Assembly (NCBI GenBank): GCA_963666485.2
Contig: CAXXUO010000001.1
Location: forward strand, 256,001-320,000
Source of the DNA: Syntrophorhabdaceae bacterium
GTDB taxonomy: Bacteria; Desulfobacterota; Syntrophorhabdia; Syntrophorhabdales; Syntrophorhabdaceae
Direction of reading: 5' to 3'
Length of the DNA: 64,000 nt
Made by a program: the position numbers and the translations under genes. Numbering within the stretch: position 1 is the first letter of the stretch; each line of letters opens with the position of its first letter. This document shows positions 43,370 to 52,671 of the stretch, one piece after another. Under the pieces are notes generated by a model. It saw nothing but the letters and a program-made list of their open reading frames with translations, had not been told where the DNA came from and did no database searches.

Positions 43370-44503
43370 TCATGCGATCTCAATCATCAGGGGGGTGCTC
43401 TCAAGCCCTGGCTTAATAACGATGAATCCGTTTAGACCGGGAGAATAATACCTCTCGTGCAGTGCTTTTTCATCCTGCGAGGAGGGGGCATTTTCGTTGC
43501 TCCATCCGATCAATCCGTACAGCCTGTTCTCCCTGTGAATGATCATGGGGTTGTTCTCGAAGAACTTGGCCACTTTTTCAGATATCCGGGGGATAAAGAA
43601 AAAGACCGATGACCGGGGATCGCCGTCGAGGTAAACCTCGGCCCCCCATTTCCTTTTCGTGACATAAACCCCGTCGTCGAAGAAAGGGCGGCTGCGCATC
43701 AGGTCTACCCTGCGGATATTGTGTTCCAGTGCATATTTAAGGGTAAAGTAATACTGGGCGGATGAAGCACCCCTTTTGACATATTCGTCGTCTCCATCCA
43801 GAATGCCCGTCCTGACAAAGAACAGGGTGTCGTCAACGACCTTGCAGAGGACGCCTGCGACTGTCCTGTCTCCTTCTTCGATCAATAACAGGAAACCCTC
43901 CCTGAATAAATTCTTCATATGTTCGTACGGGTCGAGGTCCGCGAGACCCTGAAATCTGTTCCGGATATGAGGTACGTGCATCCGCGTATAAAACAGGTCG
44001 AAATCCTTTATATCGTTGCTGACCCGGCAGGCAAAAGCCGGCCTCCTGTCCATCTTGTTATAGAACCGCCTTTTGTTGTCACGCATTCTTTTCTTGAGGA
44101 CGTCCGCACCGCCGGAGGTGTCAATGAATGACCGGACAAGCATGTGGCTCTTGAACGTCACCTGATTTTCCAGGTCGAGATCATACCCCAGGGGGAGGAC
44201 CGCAATACACATATCGATGTGGTTTGCATATCCCCTGAGAATTGTCTTGAGAAGAGGGATCCAGATCCGGCTTTCCTTCCGTACAACGGGAGGACCGTCA
44301 TACATGCGCGGTATGATATATCCGCTCAGCGGGGTATTCTCCACGAACAGGCAGCGGAATGTTTCATTCATGCCCTTCAATCTTCCTTCGATCAATTTGG
44401 CACGACTGAAATACCTGGACAAGGTCGGATACATCCTGGCCTTCAGTTTCCCGACGATCCCGGCCCTGTTATCGACCTGCTCAATCTGAGAAAGCTTCGC
44501 CAC
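43370..44503 (-). CDS. Hypothetical protein with a GNAT/FemAB-like acyltransferase domain
   Basis: FDLFY..YYF..YALE..VDLMRSRPF..GVYVTKRKWG resembles the Acetyltransf_6 C-terminus; GTG start with AGGAG. Confidence 0.6.
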   Translation of the reverse strand: MAKLSQIEQVDNRAGIVGKLKARMYPTLSRYFSRAKLIEGRLKGMNETFRCLFVENTPLSGYIIPRMYDGPPVVRKESRIWIPLLKTILRGYANHIDMCIAVLPLGYDLDLENQVTFKSHMLVRSFIDTSGGADVLKKRMRDNKRRFYNKMDRRPAFACRVSNDIKDFDLFYTRMHVPHIRNRFQGLADLDPYEHMKNLFREGFLLLIEEGDRTVAGVLCKVVDDTLFFVRTGILDGDDEYVKRGASSAQYYFTLKYALEHNIRRVDLMRSRPFFDDGVYVTKRKWGAEVYLDGDPRSSVFFFIPRISEKVAKFFENNPMIIHRENRLYGLIGWSNENAPSSQDEKALHERYYSPGLNGFIVIKPGLESTPLMIEIA

Positions 44504-44747
44504 GAATGCACTCCTTTCCCCGTAAAAGGGGCGTTAGACCATGTTTTGATAAATATATAATCAAAAGTCAGGAATTTATGTCGTCAAAACTACGAAATAA
44601 TTCGTACGCATTTATGATGACATTCATTTTTTCTGCCTGGCCGACACTTTTCTTTCAAGGCCGGGAGGATCGCCCTGCCTGGACAATACCCGCCTTAAGC
44701 TCATTGCCGCGTTGTTATTTTCCGTTACGTGGCGGGTCCACGGTTTT

Positions 44748-45467
44748 TTATCCAGGATGGTGCGGATCCCAAAATGGGCCCGTTTTCCCCAGTTTTTGGA
44801 ACGCTATGATCATTTCCGGCCCGTATTCCTTGAGGTGCGACAAATAATCGTGCTCCATTCTTTTCCTGAACAGCGGGCCGCTAAAGACCGTTGCCCAATC
44901 AGGCAGCGGCATGATCGAATCCGCTGAAATGGGATCGTACGATGACCATTTCTTCGCATGCTCTTCCGACCGGAAGAGGTTCATGCGGCTTCAGGCCATG
45001 CCCCAGGGCACTTCCTGTGTCAGTGCCTTGGCAAACGGGACGTTGACATGCCCGACCACGGACGGCGGGTCTATCCCGATTATGCGATCGTCCCGCATGT
45101 GCACGCGGATCGGCTCGCCGCAATCAAGACAGCGTGTTTCAATAAGGACGTCTTTTCCGGGAAATAGCCAGCGTACCGCCAGCGATTCCATCCCTCACTG
45201 GCCGTACCACTTCCGGACCCCTGCTATCGAGATCAAATAGTGGGTAGGGACATTCGAGAACGGCGCCCACGATTCGATATAGTCGGTATCCTTGACAAAC
45301 CAGCACGCCACCGCAGATTGGGCAGCCTTGTGCTGTATATTTCTTGCTTCTTCAGGCGGTAATCCCAGGATGTCCCCGAGTTCGGTATAATGAGGCGCCC
45401 TACCGGTCTTTATGAAATGATCTAACACAGCAGTATATGCTCGCTGAACCAATACATCGTTTTCCAT
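44748..45467 (-). CDS. MerB (organomercurial lyase)-like selenoprotein with two in-frame UGA/Sec (U91, U159), 239 aa
   Basis: Track ORFs 45195-45467, 44991-45191 and 44748-44984 share one frame, separated only by TGA; WYGQUGMESL ~ MerB YAWCALDTL, MAUSRMNLFRS ~ MerB FCCHVHFFAS; SECIS hairpin after each UGA; GGAGGAG RBS; TAA stop. Confidence 0.9.
44955..44987 (-). promoter_or_regulatory. Bacterial SECIS element for the second UGA (44991-44993)
   Basis: CGCATG-aac-CTCTTCC-GGTC-GGAAGAG-CATGCG; apical GGUC loop 19 nt after the UGA. Confidence 0.88.
45159..45194 (-). promoter_or_regulatory. Bacterial SECIS element for the first UGA (45195-45197)
   Basis: GGAAT-c-GCTGGCG-GTA-CGCTGGC-t-ATTTC stem (with G-U pairs); G-starting apical loop about 18 nt after the UGA. 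Confidence 0.75.
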
Positions 45468-45604
45468 CGTCTCCTCCTGTCCAGGGTAGGGAATAGAACA
45501 CGTGTGGTGGACGAAGAGTATTATTCCCTCGTGAAAACGTATGGTTCTTCGTATCGCCTGTCAAGGCCGGTCCGGAGACAGAAGAATGAGGCAGAGGATC
45601 TATA

Positions 45605-46279
45605 TCACATCTTTTTGAGGGTGACCAGGTAGAGCCTTTTCGGCAACCCGGTTTCTTCAAATTCCTCGATATCTATGACATCATAGCCTTTCGCCAGACG
45701 TTGAACCGTCTCCCGGTCAAAGAAATGCACGACGAAGCCGCCCGTGATCTCCCACATGTCATCACCGTGGTCCGCCCCCGTCCGATAGTGAGGGTCGTCT
45801 GCATTGCGCACGGTGTATATATTGAGTCCGCCCGGTTTCAGGATACGGCGGACCTCACCCGACAATTCTTCAAGCTCGGGGGTTGTAAGGGCCATGCAGT
45901 AAAGCATGTGGGAATAGCAGGCGTCGAAGATACCATCGTCAAAGGGCAAAGTCCTCCTCACATCGTGACATGTCGTCCCGACCAATGACGAAACATTATG
46001 GGCCTTCGCTTCCTTCATGACCGCATCGAGCCCTTCCTCGCTATAATCAAGGGCACAGACCTCAAAACCCTGCTCAGCGAAGAAGATGGTATCGCGTCCC
46101 TGTCCACTGCCCAGCTCGAGGACCCTTCTCACGCCCCGGGCCTTAAAAAGATCGCAGGCCTTCACGGCGGCATAGCTTGGCTCATTCCCGAACATCTGCG
46201 TGTGCTGAACGAACATTCTCTGCCAGTGGCCCCGCTGACCGTTCAGTACGTTCCTGTCCTTTTCATCGCCGTTATCCAT
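45605..46279 (-). CDS. Class I SAM-dependent methyltransferase (TehB-like/Methyltransf_25)
   Basis: VLELGSGQGRD, LPF..FDACYSH, RILKPGG; GGAGG before the ATG at 46279 (alternative start 46324). Confidence 0.88.
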   Translation of the reverse strand: MDNGDEKDRNVLNGQRGHWQRMFVQHTQMFGNEPSYAAVKACDLFKARGVRRVLELGSGQGRDTIFFAEQGFEVCALDYSEEGLDAVMKEAKAHNVSSLVGTTCHDVRRTLPFDDGIFDACYSHMLYCMALTTPELEELSGEVRRILKPGGLNIYTVRNADDPHYRTGADHGDDMWEITGGFVVHFFDRETVQRLAKGYDVIDIEEFEETGLPKRLYLVTLKKM

Positions 46280-46335
46280 TCCGCCTCCGGGCCCGGCCGC
46301 GATCTTTGCGGACCATCCGGCCATTTCATCATTCT

Positions 46336-46344
46336 ATTATAGCA
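46336..46344 (-). promoter_or_regulatory. Extended -10 promoter for the methyltransferase (possibly also the lyase)
   Basis: TGcTATAAT on the minus strand. Confidence 0.55.
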
Positions 46345-46391
46345 GGGTGCCCCTTAAGGTACATGCGGCCCATTTCCCGGTCAAGATATCC

Positions 46392-46420
46392 TTGACATAA
46401 AAAATGGTGCTTTCTATACT
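46392..46420 (+). promoter_or_regulatory. Sigma70 promoter for the pilT pair
   Basis: TTGACA-17 bp-TATACT. Confidence 0.75.
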
Positions 46421-46538
46421 TTACGCTATAATTCTTGAAAAGAAGCGCAGCTTCATCTTTTTTCTCCTGTACCTGATTTAAAGGACATCTCTCGCAGCAC
46501 AGGAATAATTCAAATCTTCTTTGACGTGGAGACTTTTT

Positions 46539-47618
46539 ATGGCTGAGCTGGATGAAGTACTGATCGAAGCGACGAACGCCAGGGCATCGGACCTGCACCT
46601 GGTACCCGGAGAACCTTTTGTCATCCGGCAATTCGGGCGCCTGATAAAGATGGAGCGCCCCTCCCTGGCCCGTGAAAAATGCGAATTCCTTATTTATGAA
46701 CTTCTCGATGACGAACAAAAGGAGGCCCTCGACAAGAGGCTCCAGCTCGATTTCGCCTATCAGATAGACGGGGTCGCCAGGTTCCGCGGCAGTGCGATGC
46801 GGCACCATGCAGGGATCAGCGCATCCTTCCGGATCATCTCATTCGAGATCCCTACATTTGAAACCCTCGGCCTCCCCGATACGATGAAAAGGATCATGGA
46901 CAATCACCAGGGACTGGTCCTTGTGACCGGCGCGACCGGACAGGGGAAATCGACAACGCTGGCGGCCATGGTCGATTACGTCAATACGAACCGGGCCCAT
47001 CACATCCTTTCAATAGAAGATCCTATTGAATATGTTCACCCCTGGAAGAAATGCGCCGTCAACCAGCGGCAGCTGGGCCGTGACACGCTGGCCTATGCCA
47101 ATGCTTTGCGGGCCGCGCTTCGCGAGGACCCGGATGTCATTGTGGTGGGCGAGCTCAGGGACCTCGAGACGATCGCCCTCGCCATTTCCGCGGCGGAAAC
47201 GGGCCATCTCGTCCTCGGGACGCTGGCCACGTCGAGCGCCCCGAAGACCATTGACCGCATCGTCGATTCATTCCCGGCCGGGGAACAGGGGCAGATCCGG
47301 GCCATGCTGGGCGAATCGTTGAAGGCGGTCATCACCCAGAGGCTTATCCCGCGCGCCGATCTCACTTCGATGGCCCTGGCGCTGGAAATATTGATCGGGA
47401 CGCTTCCCATGGCCACGCTCATCCGGGACGGAAAGGTCTTTCAAATCCCCTCGATGATGCAGATGGGAAAGGCTCTCGGCATGCAGATCATGGACGAATC
47501 GATCATGGCGCTGTTTCAGTCAAAGGCCATCAGCGCAACGGAGGCATACCTGAACGCGAACAACAAGGCCCCTTTCAAGCCGTTGATGGAAAGAGAAAAC
47601 CAGACCAGAACAAATTGA
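46539..47618 (+). CDS. pilT: Type IV pilus retraction ATPase PilT paralog
   Basis: ASDLHL, GATGQGKST, EDPIE, LREDPD, GELRD. Confidence 0.9.
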   Translation: MAELDEVLIEATNARASDLHLVPGEPFVIRQFGRLIKMERPSLAREKCEFLIYELLDDEQKEALDKRLQLDFAYQIDGVARFRGSAMRHHAGISASFRIISFEIPTFETLGLPDTMKRIMDNHQGLVLVTGATGQGKSTTLAAMVDYVNTNRAHHILSIEDPIEYVHPWKKCAVNQRQLGRDTLAYANALRAALREDPDVIVVGELRDLETIALAISAAETGHLVLGTLATSSAPKTIDRIVDSFPAGEQGQIRAMLGESLKAVITQRLIPRADLTSMALALEILIGTLPMATLIRDGKVFQIPSMMQMGKALGMQIMDESIMALFQSKAISATEAYLNANNKAPFKPLMERENQTRTN

Positions 47619-47645
47619 CCGACATACGCAGGGAGCGAAGGCGAC

Positions 47646-48707
47646 ATGGCCAGAATTGACGAATATTTTCGGGAGATGAAAGATCGCGGGGCAAGTGACC
47701 TGCACATGGTGATCGGCTTTCCGCCTTTGTTGAGGCTCAGGGGGGAATTGTCCCCGACCGACCACCCGGTCTTGACGGCTGAATCAAACCGGGACCTCCT
47801 TTATGAAATATTGAACGAGGAACAGCGGTCTACCCTTGAAAGCAATCGCGACTTCGACATGGCTTACGAGATAGAGGACGTCGCGAGGTTCCGCTGTAAT
47901 TTTCTCTATCAGCAGCGGGGCATCGGCGCGGTATTCCGGCTGATACCGACAGATATCCTGACCCTGGAGCAGCTGCAGATGCCCCCGGTGTTGAAATCGA
48001 TCTCCATGCTGAAGCGCGGGCTTGTGCTGGTGACAGGGCCGACGGGAAGCGGGAAATCGACCACGCTGGCGGCGATGATCGATTACATCAATGAAATGCG
48101 CGATGCCCACATCATCACGATCGAAGACCCCCTGGAGTTCGTCCACAAGAATAAGAGGTGTGTCTTCACCCAGCGCGAGATCGGGACCCATGCACTGAGT
48201 TTCGCCGATGCGCTTAAGGTCGCGGGCCGCGAAGACCCCGATATTATCCTGGTAGGCGAAATGAGGGACACGACCACCATATCGCTCGCACTCACCTGCG
48301 CGGAACTGGGCATTCTCGTTTTTGGCACCCTGCACACGAACAGTGCTGCCAAGACGATCGACCGGATCATAAACGCCTTCCCGGCCGAACAGCAGGAGCA
48401 GACCCGTACCATGCTTGCCGAGTCTTTGAGCGCGGTTGTGGCCCAGCAACTGTTAAGGACTAAGGATGGCAAAGGCAGGTGCGCGGCGATCGAGATCCTC
48501 ATCGGGTCCACCGCCCTTGCCACCACGGTCAGGGAAGGTAAAATATCCCAGATCAATTCAATTATCCAGACAGGTTCTTCGATGGGAATGCAGAGCATGG
48601 ACCAGCACCTTCTCCAGCTTATCAGGGAGGGACGGATAACGGCCCGGGCAGCCTATGAAAAGGCTCTGGACAAGAAACCTTTCGAGGCCATGCTGGGACC
48701 GGAATAA
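47646..48707 (+). CDS. pilT: Type IV pilus retraction ATPase PilT paralog
   Basis: GPTGSGKST, EDPLE, GTLHTNSA. Confidence 0.92.
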   Translation: MARIDEYFREMKDRGASDLHMVIGFPPLLRLRGELSPTDHPVLTAESNRDLLYEILNEEQRSTLESNRDFDMAYEIEDVARFRCNFLYQQRGIGAVFRLIPTDILTLEQLQMPPVLKSISMLKRGLVLVTGPTGSGKSTTLAAMIDYINEMRDAHIITIEDPLEFVHKNKRCVFTQREIGTHALSFADALKVAGREDPDIILVGEMRDTTTISLALTCAELGILVFGTLHTNSAAKTIDRIINAFPAEQQEQTRTMLAESLSAVVAQQLLRTKDGKGRCAAIEILIGSTALATTVREGKISQINSIIQTGSSMGMQSMDQHLLQLIREGRITARAAYEKALDKKPFEAMLGPE

Positions 48708-48725
48708 AAAGGGGAGGAACACAGG

Positions 48726-49172
48726 GTGTATCTGCAAAAGCTAAAACACAGGGCAGCCCTTCAGTTAAGTGACGGCACGAAACTCGACGTCAATTTCTTT
48801 CTGGACCTTTATGCAGAGAAGCACTCGGGAAAAGAACATATCCTGGACGTACTCAATTCTGATCTTGCATTTGTCCCCGTGGAAAATACCGGCACGGGAG
48901 GGATCTTTTTCGTTAACAAGAATACTCTCGTGTCCGTGGAGGTCCCCGAAAGAGACCTTGAGGACGAGGTGCTGCTGAACCCGGAGAAGAATGTGCAGGT
49001 AGAGTTGACGACCCACGAGACCCTGGACCTGTGCATTTTCATGGAAATGCGCGAAGAAAGGTCCCGGGTGAGCGATTATCTCAATTTTTCCCCTGAATTC
49101 ATCTATTTTTGCGGAAAGGAAAGAGACCTCATCCTGAACAAGGCTTTCATATTCTCCGTGAAAGATCTCTAG
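48726..49172 (+). CDS. Conserved hypothetical protein
   Basis: GGAGG RBS, GTG start, co-oriented with the pilT pair. Confidence 0.7.
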   Translation: MYLQKLKHRAALQLSDGTKLDVNFFLDLYAEKHSGKEHILDVLNSDLAFVPVENTGTGGIFFVNKNTLVSVEVPERDLEDEVLLNPEKNVQVELTTHETLDLCIFMEMREERSRVSDYLNFSPEFIYFCGKERDLILNKAFIFSVKDL

Positions 49173-49329
49173 TCTGCAGCACGCACCCATTTAATCGTTC
49201 GCTCCCCGTAACAGATATCCGGATCGGGAAAGAAATGGCCTGGTTCTGAGTTGCTCGATAAGCCGGGCATCAACGCCTCGACGCAGAGATATTTGGGCCG
49301 CTGATCATGAAAGGTGCTATTCTATATGC

Positions 49330-49713
49330 ATGGCGGAAGCGCGGGGGAGAAAAAGGATACTGGTCGTGGACGATGATGAGCCGCTGGCCGCGATGATTGG
49401 CCAGATGGTTCGCCGCATGGGTTATTTATCTGTCGTATGCTGCAGACCCACTGATGCGCTCGCACTCTTTTCAGGGGCTTCGGCCAGGTTTAACGCGGTG
49501 ATACTGGATGAAATGATGCCTGACATGAGGGGGACCGAACTGATCCCCAGGCTTCTCGAGATAAAAGAAAATATCCCCATAATCCTGATGACGGGCCATG
49601 GCGACATGCTCTCGCTCAAGCAGATCAGGGAAAGCGGGGCGCGGGCCACGTTGCTCAAGCCTGTATTGAAGATACGCCTTCAGGAAACCTTATCGAGGCT
49701 GCTCGGGCCATGA
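49330..49713 (+). CDS. Single-domain response regulator
   Basis: ILVVDDD, LDEMMP, MTGH, KP. Confidence 0.88.
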   Translation: MAEARGRKRILVVDDDEPLAAMIGQMVRRMGYLSVVCCRPTDALALFSGASARFNAVILDEMMPDMRGTELIPRLLEIKENIPIILMTGHGDMLSLKQIRESGARATLLKPVLKIRLQETLSRLLGP

Positions 49714-49867
49714 ACAAAAGATGCGGCGTCATACTACGATAGTGCTCCAGCCTGTCACTGAATACGATTACAACGGAATAGTTGTTTTAACGACAGACAG
49801 TCCCCGGGGCTTGTAATACATTCTGTTATAAGGCGATGGATGTAAAGTCGCAATCGCCAGCAACAAA

Positions 49868-50599
49868 GTGCCCATCGCATCGGGGGCTGCGGCCATGGTA
49901 GAGCGGAAAGCTTTTTTACAGATAACAAAGGCAATGATCCTCGGCTTAAGGAACAGCCTCACCGACCCGCGCGTGAGGATCAAGCAAAGCATATTGAAAG
50001 AGCTTGCCGATATCCTTGGAGCAGAACGATGCGTGTTGTTCAAGATCAACCGTGAGGGGCTGAACGGGTCTTTTAGCGAGTCATGCGAGATCATAGCCGG
50101 CGTGCCGGCTGAAGAATACATGGTGCAGCCCGGCAACAAAGAGCCCCTCAAGGCCCATCCTGACATAGAGGCGGCGATTGCAAACGGTAAAACATTGTTG
50201 ATCAGGGACCCTCATACTGACTGTCGGACCGCCTATTTTGAAGACATGCTTATAAAAAAGGATGTGTCGCAGATCCTCTATATCCCCATACACATTGAAC
50301 AATGCGGGAAAGCGGTCGGGGTCATCGTTATCGACGGAATTCATGGCAAGCAATTCGAAGAGGATGAAATACTCTTTTGCTCGGAAGTAGCGGAGCTCAT
50401 CAGCTTGCTGGTCGGCCAGGAAGCCGCAATACTGCAGCATTTCAGGGACGGGATAGTGAACAGGATAGTCCCCCTGTCAGGTTTCGCGAGAAGAATGCGC
50501 GAAAACATGGAACTCACGCTGGACTATCTCGAGATCATTCACCGGGAAACTGAAGAGATCGACAAGATCCTGCCGAAAACACCCGAAGAAATACTCTAA
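49868..50599 (+). CDS. GAF-domain protein with a degenerate HisKA-like tail
   Basis: GAF (ILYIPI..VGVIVID..F..DE); C-terminal LSGFARRM..YLEII; start may be 49895. Confidence 0.7.
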   Translation: MPIASGAAAMVERKAFLQITKAMILGLRNSLTDPRVRIKQSILKELADILGAERCVLFKINREGLNGSFSESCEIIAGVPAEEYMVQPGNKEPLKAHPDIEAAIANGKTLLIRDPHTDCRTAYFEDMLIKKDVSQILYIPIHIEQCGKAVGVIVIDGIHGKQFEEDEILFCSEVAELISLLVGQEAAILQHFRDGIVNRIVPLSGFARRMRENMELTLDYLEIIHRETEEIDKILPKTPEEIL

Positions 50600-51807
50600 A
50601 ACCCCGCAGCGGCCCTGGCGTCACGGCCGGCTTTTTTCATCAATGCCGCCTGATCGGTAAGCAGGTTGGCGATATCCCAAACATTGAAGTAGACGATCGT
50701 TGCGACATCCGCCGCAGGATCGTACATCATCATAGACAGGTAGCCCTGGTTCGCGCCCGTGTGCCCATATCCGAGACCGTCACTATGTTGTATGCCCAAC
50801 CCGTAGGTACCCTTGTGCTTCACGCTCTGAGGAGTGGGCGTCATCATTGTGTTCACCGCCGTAGAATTGAGGCCCGCCTCGCCCCTGATAAGCCGCCTCG
50901 CCCATCGGGCGAGATCGGCCGGCGTGGAGGTGATGTTTCCCTCACCGATGTGTTTCGACATGTTATCTTCTGTCACGTCCTGGGACTGCCCGTTATGATA
51001 TGCGTATCCCGGGTTGAAAGGGGGAGGGATCTTCGTATCGGTCCCGAGCATGGCCACCGAGGTGGAGGAGAGCCCGTTCGGTGTGATCAGATTTTGCACA
51101 AGGAACTGATCATATGACATCCCTGACACCCGCTCGATGATCTTCGCGAGGATCGAGTAGCCCGTGTCGGAATAATGATAGTCTGCCCCGGGCGTAAAAT
51201 GCGAGGCCTGGCAGACAGCATTGACCCCGGCGAATTCGTCAGGCGAGAACTGGTGGTACGGGTCTCTTGCTTCGACGTAGTCAGCGTAGGATTTGCCCGC
51301 ATATGGGGCCGGACAGGTGGAAGGGGCCGGATTGTTGTCTGCATCGAAGACGCCGCCGGTATGGGACAGGAGCTGACGGATGGTGATGCTTTTCTTGTAA
51401 GGAATGTTATACCTGTCGGTCTCAGGCACGTAGGGAACTCCCCGGCCCGGGATAAGGGAGACGATGGTATCGTCGATGCGCAGTTTTCGCTGCTGTTCAA
51501 GGAGCATGACCGCTGCTGCCGTGAAGGTCTTCGTAATACTGGCGATCCTGAAGCGGGAATTCTGATCGACTCCGGCGGACATGCCTGAGGATGCATAGTA
51601 ATTACCGGACGGGGTTTCAAGATAGACGGCCATGCCGCCTATCGGGAGACTGTGGGCCTGCCTGTACCGGTTCCAATTCTCGTCGACGGACGCCTGAACG
51701 TTTTTTGCGGCCGAGATATCGTGACGCTTAGCGGAACAACCGGCAAGAACGACGATAATGAAAAGGACCGTTGCAATCGATAATAATTTTTTCCGGTGAC
51801 AGAACAT
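50596..51807 (-). CDS. Serine hydrolase (beta-lactamase/D-Ala-D-Ala carboxypeptidase family) lipoprotein
   Basis: LAGC lipobox, FRIASITK, LLSHTGG, YSD, GHTG; GGAGG before the ATG at 51807. Confidence 0.88.
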   Translation of the reverse strand: MFCHRKKLLSIATVLFIIVVLAGCSAKRHDISAAKNVQASVDENWNRYRQAHSLPIGGMAVYLETPSGNYYASSGMSAGVDQNSRFRIASITKTFTAAAVMLLEQQRKLRIDDTIVSLIPGRGVPYVPETDRYNIPYKKSITIRQLLSHTGGVFDADNNPAPSTCPAPYAGKSYADYVEARDPYHQFSPDEFAGVNAVCQASHFTPGADYHYSDTGYSILAKIIERVSGMSYDQFLVQNLITPNGLSSTSVAMLGTDTKIPPPFNPGYAYHNGQSQDVTEDNMSKHIGEGNITSTPADLARWARRLIRGEAGLNSTAVNTMMTPTPQSVKHKGTYGLGIQHSDGLGYGHTGANQGYLSMMMYDPAADVATIVYFNVWDIANLLTDQAALMKKAGRDARAAAGF

Positions 51808-51925
51808 GACCTTTCCTCCCTGCACAGACTGACTTCGTATCACAAGAGGCCGTTCTTTTCTGCTTGAAAGGTGAAACATGAAATAATTCCATCCACACGC
51901 GTTCCCGATGCCCCCCCGGGCCAAT

Positions 51926-52516
51926 CTAGTCGGATGTATCCCACGTCTTCGTGCGGGAACTGTACCTCTGCCTCTGATAAACGAATTGTGTACAGAGGAG
52001 CGTGTATTCCCCATCTTCCGTTGACAGGAAATAGCGCATTCGCGGTTCCGCTTTTCCCGGTTTGCACCCGGGGACAGCGGGAAGGTATTCCGGGACCAGA
52101 TCGTCTATGGCACCCGGGTAACGGCCCGCCTTGCCATGGTATGCGCTGAGCGCCTCTATCACGGGCCTGGCAGCCTCTTTCATGACCCGGTCCGGCGGCG
52201 TTATCCACATCATGACGATCGTGAATCCGAGGATGGCAACGCAATAGATGGCTATCGCCGTGAGGCATCCGGACAGGGTCCGCCTGACCATCTTCCGGGC
52301 CGGGTCCTTCCTCTTCCTGTTCACGATGGCCTGGACAAGACGCCACACTGATATCCCGAATATACCGCCGAAGATGATCGCGACCGGGATCCTGTCGGCA
52401 ATGTTTTCGGGTTTTACCGCGAACACCGAGGCAGCGAACAGGGCCATGCCGCCGAGAACGGACCAGAGCCAGGAGAGCTTTTTTGCAAGGGAACCGGGTG
52501 ATCTGTCATTGTCCAT
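51926..52516 (-). CDS. Hypothetical membrane protein
   Basis: 3 TM helices plus a GRYP..DLVPEYL pseudopilin-like motif; start uncertain. Confidence 0.6.
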   Translation of the reverse strand: MDNDRSPGSLAKKLSWLWSVLGGMALFAASVFAVKPENIADRIPVAIIFGGIFGISVWRLVQAIVNRKRKDPARKMVRRTLSGCLTAIAIYCVAILGFTIVMMWITPPDRVMKEAARPVIEALSAYHGKAGRYPGAIDDLVPEYLPAVPGCKPGKAEPRMRYFLSTEDGEYTLLCTQFVYQRQRYSSRTKTWDTSD

Positions 52517-52585
52517 ACCGGGCAAGGGCCTCCGTCTCCATTTTCTCCAAATCGACACATTTTCGCAAGGGATAAAATAGCGAAT

Positions 52586-52671
52586 GGGGGTCAGGTCTTG
52601 CAATGTCACATTTTTCTGGATGATTTGCAGCCTATCACACGCAAAATGTGTTAATGCACGACTTGGCCCCC
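52586..52671. repeat. REP-like inverted-repeat element, copy 1
   Basis: GGGGTCAGGTCTTGCA ... TGCACGACTTGGCCCC. Confidence 0.7.

Noticed and set aside
44748..45467. Reading the region as three small genes or as a nonsense pseudogene
   Set aside because: Both interruptions are TGA, in frame, at catalytic Cys columns and followed by SECIS-like hairpins
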